Below are positions 25,678 through 35,899 of a stretch of 64,000 bases of DNA, in pieces. The notes under the pieces were generated by a model that did no database searches, had not been told where the DNA came from, and worked only from the letters and a program-made list of their open reading frames with translations. Location of the stretch: assembly GCF_009834535.1 (NCBI RefSeq), contig NC_045716.1:24614001-24678000 (forward strand), written 5' to 3'. Position 1 is the stretch's first letter, and each line of letters begins with the position of its first letter. Position numbers and translations under genes: made by a program. The DNA is from Camelus ferus. Taxonomy: Eukaryota.

Positions 25678-26392
25678 GTAACAAGGGAATGGGGAGAGGT
25701 TGATATGGGATTATGGCCTTGAACTATGCCCCTTTTTGAAAGTTCAAGCTGGAGGCATAGCAAAATACTCTATGGGAAGCAAGAATCTAGGATTCTAGTC
25801 CCGGTCGCAGGCTGCATAAATCTGAGGCCTGGCATTTCAGATCTCTGATCTAGGCTCCTCTGTCTTTATGCTTAGCAGATTGCTCTTCACTGGGATGGGA
25901 GATACACGGTCTTAAGATTTACTTGGGGGGCTTTTTCCAAAAACCCTAACCTTCCTTTCTATTAATTAAAAACTGCTATCTCAGCACCACAGTAAATTGT
26001 ATTGTGTTCGGGAGTGTTGGGACAGGAAAAGGTCTGAGCACCTTTGTCCTTTGATGTCTTGTATGCATTTCTGCCCTCAAAACAAGGGAAATGGGCTTGG
26101 AGCTAGTGAAGGAGTCTTCACCAATTATGAAACTCAGATAAATATGAGAGAGTCCTTTGTGAGGAAATCTTATTAGTAAAAAACCCTTTTTCTCTCATCC
26201 TCATGAGGGTCAGTGTGAAGGGAGGCACTGAGACTTCCCTTGGAGGAATGGAGGTTAGTTTTTACCATTTCAGATTGATTTTGTGGTCAAGGAGCTGGAG
26301 GCACGCCTCCTCTTTGCTGGAGGGCGCAGGGGAGGTCTCTTACTGTGCCGTATGGAGACTTGGGAGAGGGTCTCACATGTGCCTTTTCACAG

Positions 26393-26467
26393 ACAGGTGC
26401 CGTTCAGGAGCAGATGAGATCCAAGGGAAACCGAGACAGGCCGTGGAGCAATTCTAGGGGCTTGTAG
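26393..26467 (+). CDS. CDC42SE1: CDC42SE1 coding exon 3 (stop codon); exon ends at 26481
   Basis: cag|ACA GGT GCC...GGC TTG TAG; TGAVQEQMRSKGNRDRPWSNSRGL*; donor G|GTGAGT at 26482; total 79 aa. Confidence 0.96.
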   Translation, partial: TGAVQEQMRSKGNRDRPWSNSRGL

Positions 26468-26629
26468 CTCCAGCAGGAATGGTGAGTGATTAGAGAAACC
26501 CATCTTACGCCTCTAGCCTCCTGCCAGCACATTGTGATTCCCTGCCTCAGAACCCTGATCCCCTGCAAGAATGGGAAGTGAACGGAGGGAAAAAGAATTA
26601 GAATAGAAGAGGCAAGAATGTAGGGTCCA

Positions 26630-27184
26630 TATAACAGCGAGAAAAGAACTGAACAAAATAAACTATGCGTCCAGTATTTAATTTTGATATTAAATAATTG
26701 AACCCCAGATATTTAAGCTCAAAAGAAGACTGTCTTGATAGAGCCCCTATATTTTATTGGATGAATTTATATTCTATAAAATGGAATGAAATTGAGAAGG
26801 TCTATGATTTTGCTGCGACTAAATTTGGTGAAACAAAAAGTTATAAGGACAACTTAGTTGATGAGTTTCTTAAAATAAATCTGTCAAGTTAATTTTGACT
26901 GAGGGGGGAAAAGGATGGTATCTTTGAACATGAACATATTTAAGATAAAATTTATAAATAAAATTCTAAATTGAAAATATATTCAATTTAATAAAGTTAT
27001 TACCAATTTACTAGGCTTTTTAGCAGTTTACTTAATTAAAAATTATCTGCCTACAGAGAAGAGTTAATTGGAAGTGTCATGTATTTCAAATTGTTAATCA
27101 TAAAAATACATCTTTAAACACAGGTAACTATTTTGTAAGCCATCAATATAATAAAACTTGTTGGTCAATCAGTTAAAAAAAAAA
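26630..27184 (+). pseudogene. Retroposed poly(A)-tailed RNA fragment, parent unidentified
   Basis: AT-rich 555-bp insert; AATAAA 27150-27155, A-run 27175-27186; flanking direct repeats AAGAATGTAGGGTCCA 26614-26629 and AAGAATGTAGGATCCA 27185-27200 (15/16 identical). Confidence 0.72.
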
Positions 27185-27359
27185 AAGAATGTAGGATCCA
27201 GAAGGGCAAAGAGAAAGGGATGTGCAGGCAGAAATAGAAATAGAAAAAAGAGCATAATGTAGAAATAGTTAAGAGTCTGAACCAGGTGGTGCCTTCTGCC
27301 TGAGGCTGGAGGTTTTCTTCGAGGCTAATCTTTCTTGTTTTTCTTTTTTTTAAAATCAG

Positions 27360-29670
27360 GTTCTACTGTGTGTCCAGCCTCCACCCTGTCCAGCCCAGAA
27401 GAGATGCTGCCCCCACCAGATGCCCTCCTAGAATCAGTGACCCCAGGGCCCCTCTTTTCCCTGACTAATAGTGCCTCACAAGGCGTGGGGGCTGGACTCC
27501 CTCCCCTCCCTCTGGCTGTAGCCCCTCCTGGAGATGGGGTCAAGGCAGCAGGACTGACCAGGTGACTACTGGTTGGCCAGAGGAGCTCAGCTGGGGCCTC
27601 GACACTCTCAGATCTGAGATAGGAGTTTTCTGGGAACCTGGAATGGGTTCCTTTCTCCTGAATGATGGTCTAGGTGCCATATGTTTTTAAACTCTTAACC
27701 TGAAACTCCTTAAATGTGGTGGGTGAGTGAGATTATGGAAGCTGAAGCCGGCTTTGCTGAGAAGCTCCCTCCCTCCCTGCCCTTTCCTCCTGGAATGAAC
27801 TGAAGCAGACGTCAGCCAGGGGCTGGGCGGGTGACCACTAGCTAGTCTACTCTCTCTCTCTAGATCTCTGACTTACAGTCCCTCAGTAGCTCTCTGCCAA
27901 TACAGGGTCTTTTTCTAGGTAGGCCTCTAACCCTGTTTCTGTAGCATAGCTAGCTCCCTAAGAGCTTTCCTTTTTTTTACAAAAAAATACTTTTTTAAAT
28001 TCGACTTCTCTTAATTACCCCCATCCTGCTACTACCTCTTCCTTAATCCTGTCCCTGTTAGGAACCTTACTGTTTCCCACTGGATAAGAGTTAAGCTAAG
28101 AGGTGGATCTTAACCTGAAGACATTCCATGTAAGTTTTGGGGATCTGGCCTACCCTCTGCCAACCTCCTTGCTGGCCTAAGTGAGAGCAGGAAGAGGGAT
28201 CTGGAGAGAAACCCAGAACGCAGCCAAACTAGGAGGTATGTCTCAGGGTGTACTATTGATCACTGAGGATGGGAGGGCTGGTGAGATAAACGGGTTGACA
28301 ACAATCATTGAGTGAGCTTAAGATCCTTACAGCATGGGAGCAGAAAGACCTCTAGAGCAAGGNNNNNNNNNNNNNNNNNNNNNNNNNNNNNNNNNNNNNN
28401 NNNNNNNNNNNNNNNNNNNNNNNNNNNNNNNNNNNNNNNNNNNNNNNNNNNNNNNNNNNNNNNNNNNNNNNNNNNNNNNNNNNNNNNNNNNNNNNNNNNN
28501 NNNNNNNNNNNNNNNNNNNNNNNTCACCCCCAGGGGAGAGCCACTGCTCTAGAGTCAAGGTATGTTTCTCTTGAGTGATTTCCACTTACTCATCCTAAGC
28601 CTGAGCCACGGATGAACTAGGGTTCCTTGTAAAGTAGGCTCAGGGGGCCGCACATAATCTCCAAACTTCTTTATTCCATGTGCTGCCTGTGCTTGCGTGG
28701 GTTCATGTCTCTACGATGGACATGTACTGTGCTCCATTCTTAATGCTCTCTGGAGGAGGGGTTCCTGCAGGGTGGAGGCCTGGACAGGATATCGTGGGAT
28801 TATGGAACAGAAGGAGAGAAAAGCAGTAGAGTTGCAGATACCCCAGCTTATCCTCCCCAAATTTTAAGCTCTGTATCTGTGCCGTAGTCCTAGAATCAGA
28901 CACAAATAAGACTCAGGGAGTTTTGTCTGAAGACCAGGTCCCACTCTCCACCTGGCTGAGGAGTCTGCTTTAGGTGGGAAAATAATGTAGGAGCAGGGTC
29001 ATTAGGCACTTTCAGTTTTCTCAGGTGTTTTTTGTTCTGACCCCTTCCTTGCAGGGTGACTGAGGGGCAGAACAGGACAGATGAGCTTCTGCCTGCTCCA
29101 TGAGAAGGTGGTCTCATTAGCTTGGTAACAGGAAGCATCCTGTCTGATGGTAGTGGGGGTCAGGAATGTGGGAATTAGGATCCACTCTGCTGATTCCACT
29201 ATCCATCCAGTTCACCCCCTCCTGTAGTGACTGAGGCGCTCATCTTTTGGAACCTCCGTGTATTTCCTGCAGGTTTTTAGTGTCTAAGCTTGGTCATAGA
29301 AATACATTCCCAATTTATTCAGTTCCGGTCTAGCTAATTGCTCTGAAGGTAGCTCACCTTGTTGCCCTAAATTCTCTCAAAAGCCTGAGGGTTACACTAG
29401 ATCTAAAGGGTTAACAGGATAGGGTAGACAGGTGGGGGCCTCCTGGAATCTGGTCATCCTGATCTTGAGCCTTATTCTGATGCCTGCTCTTTGGACACAA
29501 TCTTCTTTTCTTTGGTGCTCTCTCACCTTCAGCTGCCTTCTCTAATGTGTATGCTGCCATCACTTTAACAGTATTTAGAGTGATGGGAATGGGTTTGAGA
29601 GTCATAATTTATATTAAAAATTGTTGGACTTTTAAATACATTTTCAAATAAAAAATGTTTAAGCAAAACA
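27360..29670 (+). other. CDC42SE1: CDC42SE1 terminal 3'UTR exon
   Basis: Long pyrimidine tract then aatcag|G at 27360; AATAAA 29647-29652 followed by a GT-rich stretch; 3' end approximate; spans N gap 28363-28523. Confidence 0.72.
28363..28523. other. Assembly gap (N run) in the CDC42SE1 3'UTR
   Basis: 161 N. Confidence 0.99.
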
Positions 29671-30213
29671 GTTGCAGAGTAATCACTATAGGTGTGTTGT
29701 TGGGTTAAAGGATAGACGTGGTTAATGAAGGCAACTCCCAGGAAGTGACTGTCAGGGAATTTTGTGCCGACATTGCCCTTTCTGAGGAGAGAAGGCTAAG
29801 TGTTGTGAAGGCAGGAAGCCCACCATCATCTTCCAAGGGCTTAGCTCGTCATTCCTGTTCCTTTTTCTTGGCATTCATCTGAGATTTTTCAGGTCTTTAA
29901 AAGAAGTAATTGTTTAAAGACAACTTTGGAGATGAGCAAGATGAGCAGCATCAACATTTTTATCCTGTGGGACAGGGTAGGGACCAAGCCAGAGGCTGCT
30001 AGCTACACAGTTCAGTTTTTAAGAGTCCAGAGATTTATGGTCTCTCTCTCTCTCAGATACCACTGTAAAAAGACACAAAAAGACCAAACAATGTTTTTGG
30101 GTTTTTTTTTCCTAGTTTTGTTTTTCTGTACTAAAAATATCCAGTGGGTGCTGGGATTGAAAGGGGAGGAGAGGTAGAGATGCTGACACCTCCTCTTGTG
30201 GTTGAAGTGGCCA

Positions 30214-30234
30214 TTACCTCTGATTTCTGTTTAT
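30214..30234 (-). CDS. C1orf56: C1orf56/MENT coding exon 2 (INRNQR*)
   Basis: ctcag|ATA AAC AGA AAT CAG AGG TAA; matches the recalled human C-terminus IDRNQR. Confidence 0.88.
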   Translation of the reverse strand: MNRNQR

Positions 30235-30629
30235 CTGAGTAAGGAAACAAAATAGAGAAAAGGGAAAATATTATAACCACATCTATATTCTTTTCCCTTC
30301 CTTGCTTCTTCATTTCTTTCTCCCCACAAACTCAACACTCATTCCCTCAACACTACTGCCCACTATTTATGCTGCTTTTTTATATTGAATAATGGTATCG
30401 GACACACAAGGAGAAGGACAGAAACAAACTGCTGAAATGACCAAGTAGACATGTTACTGTCCTTCCCCTCTCCCCAGGGCCCTGTCATCCTGAGACCTTG
30501 AGGATATTTTATCAGATCAGTTAGAAACTTTGGTAGCTCTTTTGGTAAAGTAGAGGACTATCCTTCCTTGAGACTTCTTAGGTTTCTGGGAATAACCCCA
30601 GAAGGACAGTTCTAAGGGACGGCGGTGGT

Positions 30630-30785
30630 GAAGAGCATGGGGACTACTGAAAAACAGACTTGGCTTAAATCTTGCTGTGACTCTGTCACTTACTAGCTTT
30701 GTAAACCCAATTCATCTCTAAAGTGGGAATAATTCTACCATAGGGTTGTTGTGAGAATTGAGCCAGGTAAAGTGCACATGCTAAG
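30630..30785 (+). mobile_element. MIR SINE fragment
   Basis: cacttactagct...catagggttgttgtgagaatt core. Confidence 0.6.
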
Positions 30786-31153
30786 ACCTCAGATATTGGC
30801 GGCTGTAACTGTTAAGTTGTATTAGTAAGCTGAAAGCTATTAATATCTTCCATATCCATTACTTATCTGTGCATCAAGAATTCTTTATATACCTACAGTC
30901 TTAACAATTTGGTCAGTAATCATCTGATGACCAACAATACATGTTGCCTAACAGGCTAACAGCAGTTACTTAAAAAATAATTGGTGGAATCAGTGGCTAA
31001 TGATGTGAATAACCAATGCATATTATGAATCAAGAACCAAACAGGTAAGTAATAGTTCATGCAGACACACTGGCTGGCTTAGCAGCAGGGTTTTGGGTAT
31101 CAGGACTTTTCAGATCCATTAACAAAGATCCTGGCTCAACACCAAACACTTAC

Positions 31154-32161
31154 TGGTTGCATCTCTGTGAACACTGAAGAGAGGCTGTTCCAAATATCCT
31201 CCAGCCCAATCCTGACCCGTTTCCAAAAAGCAAGGGCTGAGCTGTACCTGGGGCTGGGGCTGGGGATGAAGGGGGTGGGTCTGAGTCTGGTGACCAGGGG
31301 AGGAATGGGGGTGGTGGTGGTGGTGGTGGTGGCCTTAGTGGTGGTCTGAGTGGTGCAGCTGGTGTCAGGACAGAGACCTGCGTCCAGGGGGCACTCCTCC
31401 CGTTGCCGGTTGCAGGGGCATATGTGGTAGGTGCAAGGTCGGTGCTCAGTGTGGAGTTGGCTCAGGGCCCCAACGCGGAGGCGCCCGGAAAGGCCGTGCA
31501 GCTTCCCGCCCCGGCTCCGGCTCATGGTGCCTGACTTGCAGTGGCAGTGCCACGGGCCCCAGGGCCCCAGCACCAGCTGCAGATCCTCGGGAGCTGGCAT
31601 GGCTGTGGGCGAGGGCGGTGGCCACGGGTTCGAGGAGGACCTTGCTGTTGACCATTGGCTCCGGGTGCTGTCGGAGAACGGCTGATCCGCAGCGGTCTTC
31701 CCGGTGGAGGGCGGCTGGCTTGAACTCATAGTGTTTTCAGAATCATGGCCATTCGCTGCAAACCCTCGGGTGGGAATCGTACTGGAAGTCTCCGAGCCAG
31801 TGTCATTCTTTCTGGTGTAAATTACTACTCCTTCTTCCAAAGACCCATCCTCCTCCTCCGCCAAACGCGACCGGCTACCTGTGGACACCGTGGAGGCCAA
31901 GAGCTCGGCAGCAGCCGGGCCTGCCATGCGGTCGGCCGCGGCCACAATGTCATCCTCATCCTCCATTGTTACCCTTATTTTCTGGGTAACACGGCTCCGG
32001 GCAGTGGTCCGGTAGCTGTGGGTCATAGGGCCCCCGAAGCGGAAAGTGTCCCGCTGCGTCGCGGTGGCGGTGGCGGTCGAAGTCAGGCCTTGGGCCCCCG
32101 CCGCCCGGGACCGCAGACTCAGCAGCAGGGCCCAGAGCAGTGCGGCGGCGGCGGGGACCAT
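31154..32161 (-). CDS. C1orf56: C1orf56/MENT coding exon 1 (signal peptide, Ser/Thr-rich and Cys-rich regions)
   Basis: ATG at 32161: MVPAAAALLWALLLSLRSRAAG...FRFGGPMTHSYR...GPAAAELLASTV...LEDIWNSLSSVFTEMQP|gtaagt; 1008 nt; total 342 aa. Confidence 0.93.
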
Positions 32162-32400
32162 GGGGCTGGACGGTGTGGGGTTGGGAGGGAGGCCAGCGAG
32201 GAAGGCCGGGGCTCCCACCTTCTCTCCCTCCCTTCCACTCTCGACCCTCGGGGTCGTTAGAACCGAGGCCCGTGGGGGAGGGGCGGGGGCTCCGCCGCGC
32301 GCCCCTCCCCTCCCCCAGACCCCCTCCCCCATGCCCTCTCCCCGCAGGCCCAGGCGCTCAGCTAAAAATCCCAGGGAACCTGTAGCGTGAACCCTGTGCC
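31450..32400 (-). promoter_or_regulatory. C1orf56: MENT CpG island and GC-box promoter
   Basis: CpG-rich across exon 1; GGGGAGGGGCGGGG GC boxes at about 32274-32290. Confidence 0.7.
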
Positions 32401-32481
32401 AGAACGGACAGATTGTGATGTAAGGGGCTGGGGAAAGAGGAGTTCACTTCCTCGGAGCAGAGCTTAAACCTCTCATCACAG

Positions 32482-32511
32482 TTTATTAACCGCTACAGAT
32501 CTGAATTTATT
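32482..32511 (-). terminator. BNIPL: BNIPL poly(A) signals (two AATAAA)
   Basis: TTTATT on + strand at 32482-32487 and 32506-32511, about 580-600 nt past the stop codon. Confidence 0.65.
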
Positions 32512-33085
32512 AAAGAGGACAAAAGTACAGGTTTGAGAACAACCTTTCCCCAGGCTCACAGGCCAGTGTCACAGGCAACAGACGTGACTACTGAAGGAGA
32601 GAGGGTAACCTTGTTGTTGACTGTTCCTTTAGCATTTGGGGCACTGACTGTGGACTCCCAGTAGGCAGGCTGGCTGTGGTCAGTCAAGCCCTGCCCTCCC
32701 CATTCATCCCTCACCTTCACAGACTGCTAGAACACCCCAGGGGGAAAGGATCTCGGCCCCGAAGGATCTCAGACTCAGGGAGATGAATTTGCCCAAGGTT
32801 CTACAGCTAAAGCAGCACCGCTTTGCACTTTCCTATACAAAATGGCACCACAGGCACCCCTCCAACTGAAAGGAAAGTCACCCACCAGATCAGGTTCTGG
32901 ACCTCAGAGCCTACTCTGAAGGCACCGTCACAGAATGAATGACGTCTCACTGAGGTGTGAAGACCCAGCGATACTGGGGTTGAGGATAAGATGTTTACAA
33001 GACAGCTCAGATGTTTCAGGGGTTAGGGTGTAGGCAGATCAATTATCTTTGCTTGGTTATGAGGTCCTTTTACTCCAGTCCTATG

Positions 33086-33122
33086 CTAGATCCCGCCTGA
33101 GCCATAGAGATCCTGGTCCAGC
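33086..33122 (-). CDS. BNIPL: BNIPL exon 10 (stop)
   Basis: tag|G CTG GAC CAG...ATC TAG; LDQDLYGSGGI*; spliced CDS totals 1071 nt (356 aa). Confidence 0.92.
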
Positions 33123-33607
33123 CTAGGAGAAAGAGAGGAAAAGAAAGTGGTTCAGGAGCAGGACCTGGGTCTTGCTCAGGGGTTTAGGGAGAGAAGCCAG
33201 GTGAACTGGAACAACTAGAAGATTGGATGCTTGGGTTGGGTCGGTCATCATATAGCACCCTTTGCTCCCTAGCACCCTCCCCTCATTGGATATTCTCTCC
33301 TATTTGCTGCCAACGTATTCTTCCTTAATTTCTAGGGCTAGTCTGAATCGCCTCTAAATTCTGTGCTGTGATTACTCTTTTATTCGTTGATCACTTATGT
33401 GAATAATTTTTTCATTTGTTCTTGCTAGATACAGTAGCGTCTTTAATTTCCTCTCTGGGTGTGTGGAGTTTTCCCGGATACACTGAAGTATCTGAAAGCA
33501 GGGCCGCGGTCTTTTAGTTCCTTTGTATCTCTCCCAAGACATTAAGAAAGTGGGAAGTGGCTTTACACATCCCATCCCAAACTTTTATCCTTAAGCTCAG
33601 GACTCAC

Positions 33608-33706
33608 TGTCTGACAGCTTCCGGGATGTGGATCTGATCCATGGAGATGAGTTGGGTCAGCTCTCCCAGGCTGCTCAGAAAACGAATCTTTCGTGTAAAC
33701 TTAGAA
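33608..33706 (-). CDS. BNIPL: BNIPL exon 9 (BCH domain)
   Basis: cag|T TCT AAG...AGA CA|gtgagt; SKFTRKIRFLSSLGELTQLISMDQIHIPEAVR; 99 nt. Confidence 0.94.
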
Positions 33707-33957
33707 CTGAAAAGAGAGGATCAACCAAGTGTGTTTTATACCGGGAAGAGGGCTCCTGGAGACCCTTACAAAGGGAAACATAATAGGTGGAGAGTGGCTA
33801 AGGGTAGAAAGAGTCAGGGTGGGGCAAGAACGTCTTAATCTTTTTTTTAATTAAAAAATTTTTGAATTAAATAAAAATTTTATTTTAAGGAGCTTCTTAA
33901 TCTTGATTGTGAAGACAGGGAGACGGGGAAGGGGGTCTTTGTCCCCAAAGCTAGTAC

Positions 33958-34044
33958 CTGATGAAGGGCCGAAGCAGCGCCAGGAATGCCTTCACATACC
34001 ACGTCGCATGGACAACCAGCAGGGCGCGCAGGTTCTTCCGGAGC
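33958..34044 (-). CDS. BNIPL: BNIPL exon 8 (BCH domain)
   Basis: cag|G CTC CGG...ATC AG|gtacta; LRKNLRALLVVHATWYVKAFLALLRPFI; 87 nt. Confidence 0.94.
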
Positions 34045-34644
34045 CTGCGGAAGAATATGAGACCGTCCCACTCTCCTTCCACCTTCACACCTGAAGATCA
34101 GGTGGAGCTGTCTTCTGTTCTTCTCTCACTTCTCCAACCTCCAGACTTCCTTTCGCAGCTGGGTCTCATCTCCCTTCCTTTAACTGCAGTCTCAGCTCCA
34201 TTGATCTTGTTTAGCCTCCTCATTTTTAGGAAATTCTCTCAGAATCCCTTAGCCTGGTCTCCTCTACCCACTTCCTTCTGTGTCCTACCTTTGCACAGCT
34301 CCTTCTGTACACTCCTCCATCACTCCATGACCAGGACGATTTATAAAACTCCAGGTAAAGAAGACCAGTGAGAAGGAAAAAAAGAAAAGGAACGAGAAAA
34401 GTGTGCAAATGGCAATGGCAGATGGAGGGAAGAAAGAAAAAAAATAAAGGAACATCGGGGGGAAAAAAAACACATGGGTCAGGGATGAAGGCAGACAAGA
34501 AAAGAAGAAAAGAAAGCAATGGAGATGTGGAAAGTGAAATAAATGGCAAGACTGTGAGAAAAGGAAGGGGGGCCTTCCACATGCCGGGCAATGTGCCACG
34601 TTGATTTACCTGATTTTCACAAATACCCGGTGGCAAAAAGTATT

Positions 34645-34760
34645 CTCATCGCCATTTTACACAGAAGGAAACTGAGTCCCAGGAAGGTTAAGTGACTTGT
34701 CATACAGCTAGTAGATGACAAAGGCAAGATCTGAAACTAGATTTCCACGACTCCAAGTAA
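34645..34760 (-). mobile_element. MIR SINE fragment
   Basis: ccattttacacagaaggaaactgag...aggttaagtgacttg. Confidence 0.65.
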
Positions 34761-34902
34761 GGACAGAAGACAGGAAAGGTTTGAAGAGGGGTGTAGAGGG
34801 ACAGAGAAAAGCGGAAGAGACTGAAGGAAGAAGAAAGCGTGGAAAGCTAGAAAAGAAAAGGATAAGACAGAGAGCTGCAGCCCTTTTGTCCTAGAGGCTC
34901 AC

Positions 34903-35034
34903 CGCCGGTCCAGAGTACGGTAACACTGGCGTATCCAGCTCAGAGGTGGAACCTGGGCCCTACTTGTGCCTCCGCTCAGGTGAACCAGCAGATAATTTTC
35001 AGCTACCAGCAGCTCCAGAGTCCCCACCATATAC
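34903..35034 (-). CDS. BNIPL: BNIPL exon 7 (BCH domain)
   Basis: cag|G TAT ATG...CGG CG|gtgagc; YMVGTLELLVAENYLLVHLSGGTSRAQVPPLSWIRQCYRTLDR; 132 nt. Confidence 0.94.
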
Positions 35035-35166
35035 CTGAGGAGATGAAGGTGTCAGGCAAGGTATGTGTTTTGAATCTATAATCAGTTACTGATCATAGGA
35101 AGGGTTCTTTTCAACTTTTCCCTCCCTTGACATCCACCCTGGAGCCCTTCAGGCCTCCCACCTCAC

Positions 35167-35269
35167 CTAAACAAGTGTTCCATGACGTAGGTGTAGTTGG
35201 GGATGCTGCTTCTGGGCAGATAACAGGAAGTGAAGACGATGACCGCATTGAGGCCATCACCGTGGTAGC
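35167..35269 (-). CDS. BNIPL: BNIPL exon 6
   Basis: cag|GC TAC CAC...TTT AG|gtgagg; [33 protein letters not shown]; 103 nt. Confidence 0.94.
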
Positions 35270-35463
35270 CTGGGGATGTGAAGGGGAGAACTCATTCAGT
35301 CAACAAGTAAGTATTGACGGACAGTACATCTGTTTAGGGTGAAAGACTCTGAGGGTCTCTGAAAGTTGCAAGAAGTCATTCTGAACCCAATAACTGAGTT
35401 TCCAGCTTAGCATTTCATTCAAGAAGTCACAGTTCTCACCCCTCCACTTAGGCTAGCCAGTAC

Positions 35464-35646
35464 CTCCATGAGACAGCACTTTCTTATAGGGCTCAATGGC
35501 AGTCATGTCCACTCGCTGCTCCTGCTGTCCTGTTCGGAACACCCTCCAGTGATGACCATCTTCTCCAGCCACATCCCACATGCAACCCCGGCCCAGCCTC
35601 TCAGCTGCCTCGCTGGCCCCTAGACCCTCTGCCCGGGGCAGCTCAT
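35464..35646 (-). CDS. BNIPL: BNIPL exon 5
   Basis: cag|AT GAG CTG...GGA G|gtactg; DELPRAEGLG...WRVFRTGQQEQRVDMTAIEPYKKVLSHGG; 183 nt. Confidence 0.94.
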
Positions 35647-35899
35647 CTGAAAAAGAGGGATGGGGGAGGATCAACAAGACAGAATATACAATGGCCTTGA
35701 GGCCACTGCACTATGGCAGGTTGATAGCCCTTGTCATTACTCTTGATTCTTTCTTTCTTCTCATGCTTTTCCTTCCTTGGGTGAGTTCATCTGTTCCCCT
35801 GTCTTCAAGTACTGCCCGTAAGGTGATGATTCCTCTCGAACCCAGGCCTCTCTCCTAACACCAGACCCACATCCCTAAATGGCTAGAGTGGACATCTCT

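Noticed and set aside
26698-26892. 64-codon ORF inside the retroposed fragment
   Set aside because: The start codon at 26698 is TTG, not ATG, and I recognise no protein similarity, so it was not used to name the parent gene.
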